From Oopsacas minuta (lineage: Eukaryota; Animalia; Porifera), in contig JAKMXF010000324.1 of NCBI GenBank assembly GCA_024704765.1, positions 62,001 to 126,000 of the forward strand: 64,000 nucleotides of DNA. Reading direction: 5' to 3'. The translations under genes were made by a program, and so were the position numbers. Each line of letters opens with the position of its first letter. Within the stretch, counting starts at the first letter, position 1. The notes beneath the pieces are model-generated. The model did no database searches, was not told the DNA's origin, and saw only the letters and a program-made list of their open reading frames with translations. Below, in pieces: positions 60,503 to 64,000 of this stretch.

Positions 60503-63072
60503 ATGAATATTGTGTTGTTATACGGTATTTATGTATTGTTATACATACCAATTGAGGTTGTTTTTCTAGTTTTACTACTCAACTTCTTAATATACAATAT
60601 TATCGTTTTTGCCATTAATAAATATTATTTTTTCAGTCAAAAAGAAGCAAGACTAAATGGTGAGTTATTATTCCAATTTTGCTGTTGTTTTTTGGGTCTT
60701 TGCCCCTGAGTGGATTCTGGGGGTGCAGACCTCCCTGTTCGGAACCGCACCACGACCCCCGGAAGCACACCGACATCGTGCCATGGGCAAGGGGGCCACA
60801 TACCCAAAAATCTTTGAGATCGTTACTCTCATTCAGGGCACCACAGTTAAAAGAATAATAGTACACGCCCTCAAAATTGTTTCCGATGTGGGACGTCTCA
60901 TCTGAGTTCGACGGTACACTGTACCCCGGCGCCCCTGGTACCCCGTTGGCAAGGTTACACTTAATATATTCAAACAATTTAGCTTCTCCATACAGTAAAG
61001 TAGTGAATTATCAAGACAACTTCTTTAATTGGATTGAAACACCTTTGAATTTAAGCTATAATTGTATGACAGTGAAAATGAAAGGCCGATTCAATGTGGA
61101 GAACTTTAAAACTGATCTTTCGGATAAGATATTTAGTGGATTTGATGAAAATAACGAAGCACTATTCCCAAAGTTCAGACAGGTACATATAGTAGAGATT
61201 TTATTAACACCTACAGCGCTATTAATTGTGAAAAATGGCAACTTGGGTGAAAATGGAGTTTTTTTGGTGGGAATTTTCGAAACATTTTGCCGGGGACATG
61301 ACAGCATACTTACTTGCCAACTTGAGTTATAAAAAAAGGCAGGCGGGATATTAGGAAATATGGCGGGATGTAGCATCTTTGCATTAGTTTTGCCAACAAA
61401 AGTGTGGGATTTTTCCGCTTTTTGGCAAGTTTCGGCGGGACACTGTTCTCAACACATGTAGAAATAGGCGGGAAATCCCGTCAAATTCTATACAATTGAC
61501 AAGTATACACAAATTACAATTACAAGCACTAGGTAATAAAGAAAGGAATTTTATTCTCTACTTGGGAGTACACAGGAGAATTTAACGTTGAAGATCACGT
61601 GAAGGAGCAATCTTTAGACTTCAGCGTACAGGGTAGTGTCGAAAATTTTATTTGTGAGATCAGCAAATATGAAATTAATAAGGACAAACCTCAATGGGCA
61701 ATATATCTCATTACAGACCCGAAGGTTCAAGATGTATCATATTTAGCATGGAGGTTAGGATTACAGTCAACTGACGTTATTTCGAACAGGGAATACCCGC
61801 TCATATGGAAGTCTTGAATTGTACAACTATGGTCCCAAACCGTCAAAGTAACATATTTAATCGGTTTTATCTAAGTAATTATCGCGGTTGCTTGAGTTTC
61901 GTACTCTGGGGTCATATTTGAACCAATAAATAATTGCGATATGACAGGAATTCAAAATTTTATTTGAAAACAAGTATCGTGTCTGTAGGCTAAGGGGTGA
62001 CTGGGGCCAAAAAATCCAGAGCGTCCACATAATTCTTCTTGAAAAATAGGAAATTATGTACCAATTATAATTCATATAGTCGAAAATGGAAGAACTTTTG
62101 CCTGTTCCAGTATTTAATTGCAATTTTTGGCAGGTTTGTACATATGTTAACATATGCATATATTGTAGAGTACACCATTCCTTGGGTGATGGCTTTTCAA
62201 TGTGGAGAGTCATCTTCAAAATCTGTGATATTAATCTTAAAGATGAATTTGCCGGCAATAAATTGACAGTTTCCAGACTCACAACATTCCAACGAATAAT
62301 GGCGAATATGAAAACATTTCTTTCCATCCCAATGTATCTCACAGATCTTATTATATTCACTACGAAATATAACAGGAAATATACTGAAGGAATTACAAAC
62401 GAAAAGCGTATTGCTTGGAGCAATAAACTCGATTTCGAAAAGGTTCGCGATGTAAAAAGTAAAACGAAAACGACAGTAAATGATGTACTCATGACCTTAG
62501 TAACCGAATCAACCAGAAGGTATTTCACAAGCCGATCACGTAATGACATCATAGATAAAGAAGTTATTTACGGGATGGGAGTATCGCTAGACGCCGATAT
62601 TGACAATCTTCAACTTACAAACAATGATGCGGGGATATTAATATTAACCCCAACAATTATTGAAGGCCCTTTCAATCAACTAAAAATTATCAATCGAAAC
62701 ATGGCAAAAATGAAATATGAGCTCTGGCCATTCTTCTATAGTATGTGTTTATACTTCCTAATCACACTCCCTATTCCTGTCTCGCTTGTTAGAAAAATTA
62801 CAGGAGCAATGGCAATTGGGATTGGAAATTACAGTAATGTCCCTGGTCCGAATACTAAGCTAGTTTGGAATGGTGTAGTTGTTGATGAAGCATATGCAAT
62901 CGTGATGACGTCATGGAATCAGGTCTTGGCAATTGTGTTTTCAACTTATAAGGGCAAAATGTGTCTCGGAGTGAAGAGTGACTGTTGTATAATGGATAAA
63001 CCTGACGAATTGGTTGAAGAGATGATTCGAGTACTGGAAGAGATGTATCTTGAAGTTAATGGTAGTTCTTGA
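60503..63072 (+). CDS. WS/DGAT-family O-acyltransferase, copy 2, 4 exons, 493 aa
   Basis: Exons 60503-60659, 60983-61182, 61533-61753, 62169-63072 (1482 nt). Motifs HHSLGDG, TVNDVL, SNVPGP. Same internal exon lengths as copy 1. Confidence 0.9.
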
Positions 63073-63428
63073 ATGTGTTTTATTTGAAAATTAGTTAGAT
63101 TAAACTTTGTTTTATCGTTTTATTGTTTCTATTACATATCTTGATTTACTAGATTACTTATGCCATGATAGATAAAATTCAAAGTTCTGAAAGGCGAAAG
63201 CGAAAATGTGTTTGTCAACTAATATTCAAAAATAGCGGGGACGGATGCAGTCTCGCGGATTATTACACTTTTACAAATTTTGGCGGGACATTACCTTTAA
63301 TACAGATACCGAAAGAGCAAGAATTCCCGCCAAAAAATAGACATACGTAGTTTCCAAATGTGCAGAGACTATCTCTACCAAATAACAGTAACAAAAGTAG
63401 TTATACTATGGGATATAAGAATAAGAAT

Positions 63429-63998
63429 TCAATAAGGCTTAATAACGACAAATTTTTGCAGCATTGCATTATCCTTCCCATCGGTTACAAATAAACTTCC
63501 CGATTCATCAATCGCCAGGCCTGTTGGGTATAGAAAGTTCCCTGGGGCTGTACCCTCGTGTCCTATAGTATGCAAGAGTTTCCCCTCATTTGAGAACATT
63601 TTCAATCGATGTCCCTCCCGATCTGTGATGAAAATATTCACATGATGATCGAAACAAAACCGACGGCCTTCAGTCAGTGCAGTCTCTGGGATAATACATC
63701 TAAGTGGATCGCCGTTCAAGGTGAAAGACTGGAATGGATGATTCGTATTTGAGAATAAAATATACAGCTCTAGCTGTACAATACATATATGTTGAATACG
63801 TGTATGTTTTCGATGTTTCGTCTCATCAGATGTTCTAAGTTGGACGACTTTAATTTGCTTTAATTCTAAGTCAAAGACGTTCAGCATTAATTTCTCCGCG
63901 ACACCGATATACAAGGTTGGACCCACATAGTTGATAGCTAATCCAGAATATGTAGTTTGGCTACTGACAAGGTCAATAATCGCGATCGAACTTTTCGT
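63429..63998 (-). CDS. NHL-repeat (6-bladed propeller) protein, 5'-truncated by the window edge
   Basis: IFITDREGHRLKMFSNEGKLLHTIGHEG...FLYPTGLAIDESGSLFVTD. The frame stays open to the end of the window. Confidence 0.85.
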   Translation of the reverse strand, partial: TKSSIAIIDLVSSQTTYSGLAINYVGPTLYIGVAEKLMLNVFDLELKQIKVVQLRTSDETKHRKHTRIQHICIVQLELYILFSNTNHPFQSFTLNGDPLRCIIPETALTEGRRFCFDHHVNIFITDREGHRLKMFSNEGKLLHTIGHEGTAPGNFLYPTGLAIDESGSLFVTDGKDNAMLQKFVVIKPY

Positions 63999-64000
63999 TA

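Noticed and set aside
60633-60977. 114-aa GC-rich minus-strand ORF
   Set aside because: Coincides with a GC-rich inverted-repeat element in WS/DGAT copy 2 intron 1; no protein similarity recognised.
61857-62552. 231-aa minus-strand ORF
   Set aside because: Antisense to WS/DGAT copy 2 exon 4 and runs into a MITE; a similar shadow lies opposite copy 1.
1-64000. Prokaryotic or viral origin of the window, or a prokaryotic defence system
   Set aside because: Phase-consistent spliceosomal introns and metazoan genes throughout; no integrase, capsid, RT or transposase ORF recognised.

Overview
Eukaryotic, AT-rich, intron-containing animal DNA with canonical GT-AG introns and very short intergenic gaps. 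No rRNA, tRNA or CRISPR array was seen. Compact spacing, nested genes and the gene families present resemble a glass-sponge (Hexactinellida) genome; this is inference, not proof. Exon chains were assembled by hand and are phase-consistent. Genes in order: EHD 3' exon; kanadaptin/SLC4A1AP (8 exons) whose first two introns host two antisense genes, an ANK-LRR-Roc-COR-kinase-WD40 LRRK-like protein with degenerate GTPase and kinase motifs, and a DED + paracaspase-like + caspase-like protein lacking catalytic residues and split by a 1-nt frameshift; a tight minus-strand run (C2H2 zinc finger, coiled-coil protein with a 7x20-aa repeat, BLOC1S4, 2OG-Fe(II) oxygenase); DDX21/50; a YTHDF-type reader; an SLC15/POT transporter; GCSH; a 27-exon adhesion GPCR with seven C-type-lectin domains and a UBA6 fragment in one intron; ESD; a LURAP1/FAM89-like adaptor; an unresolved 6-kb region; two tandem WS/DGAT acyltransferases; and a truncated NHL gene. 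Introns carry at least six MITE-like families. The best novelty candidate is the pair of nested pseudo-enzymes, especially the cFLIP-like DED-double-pseudoprotease.
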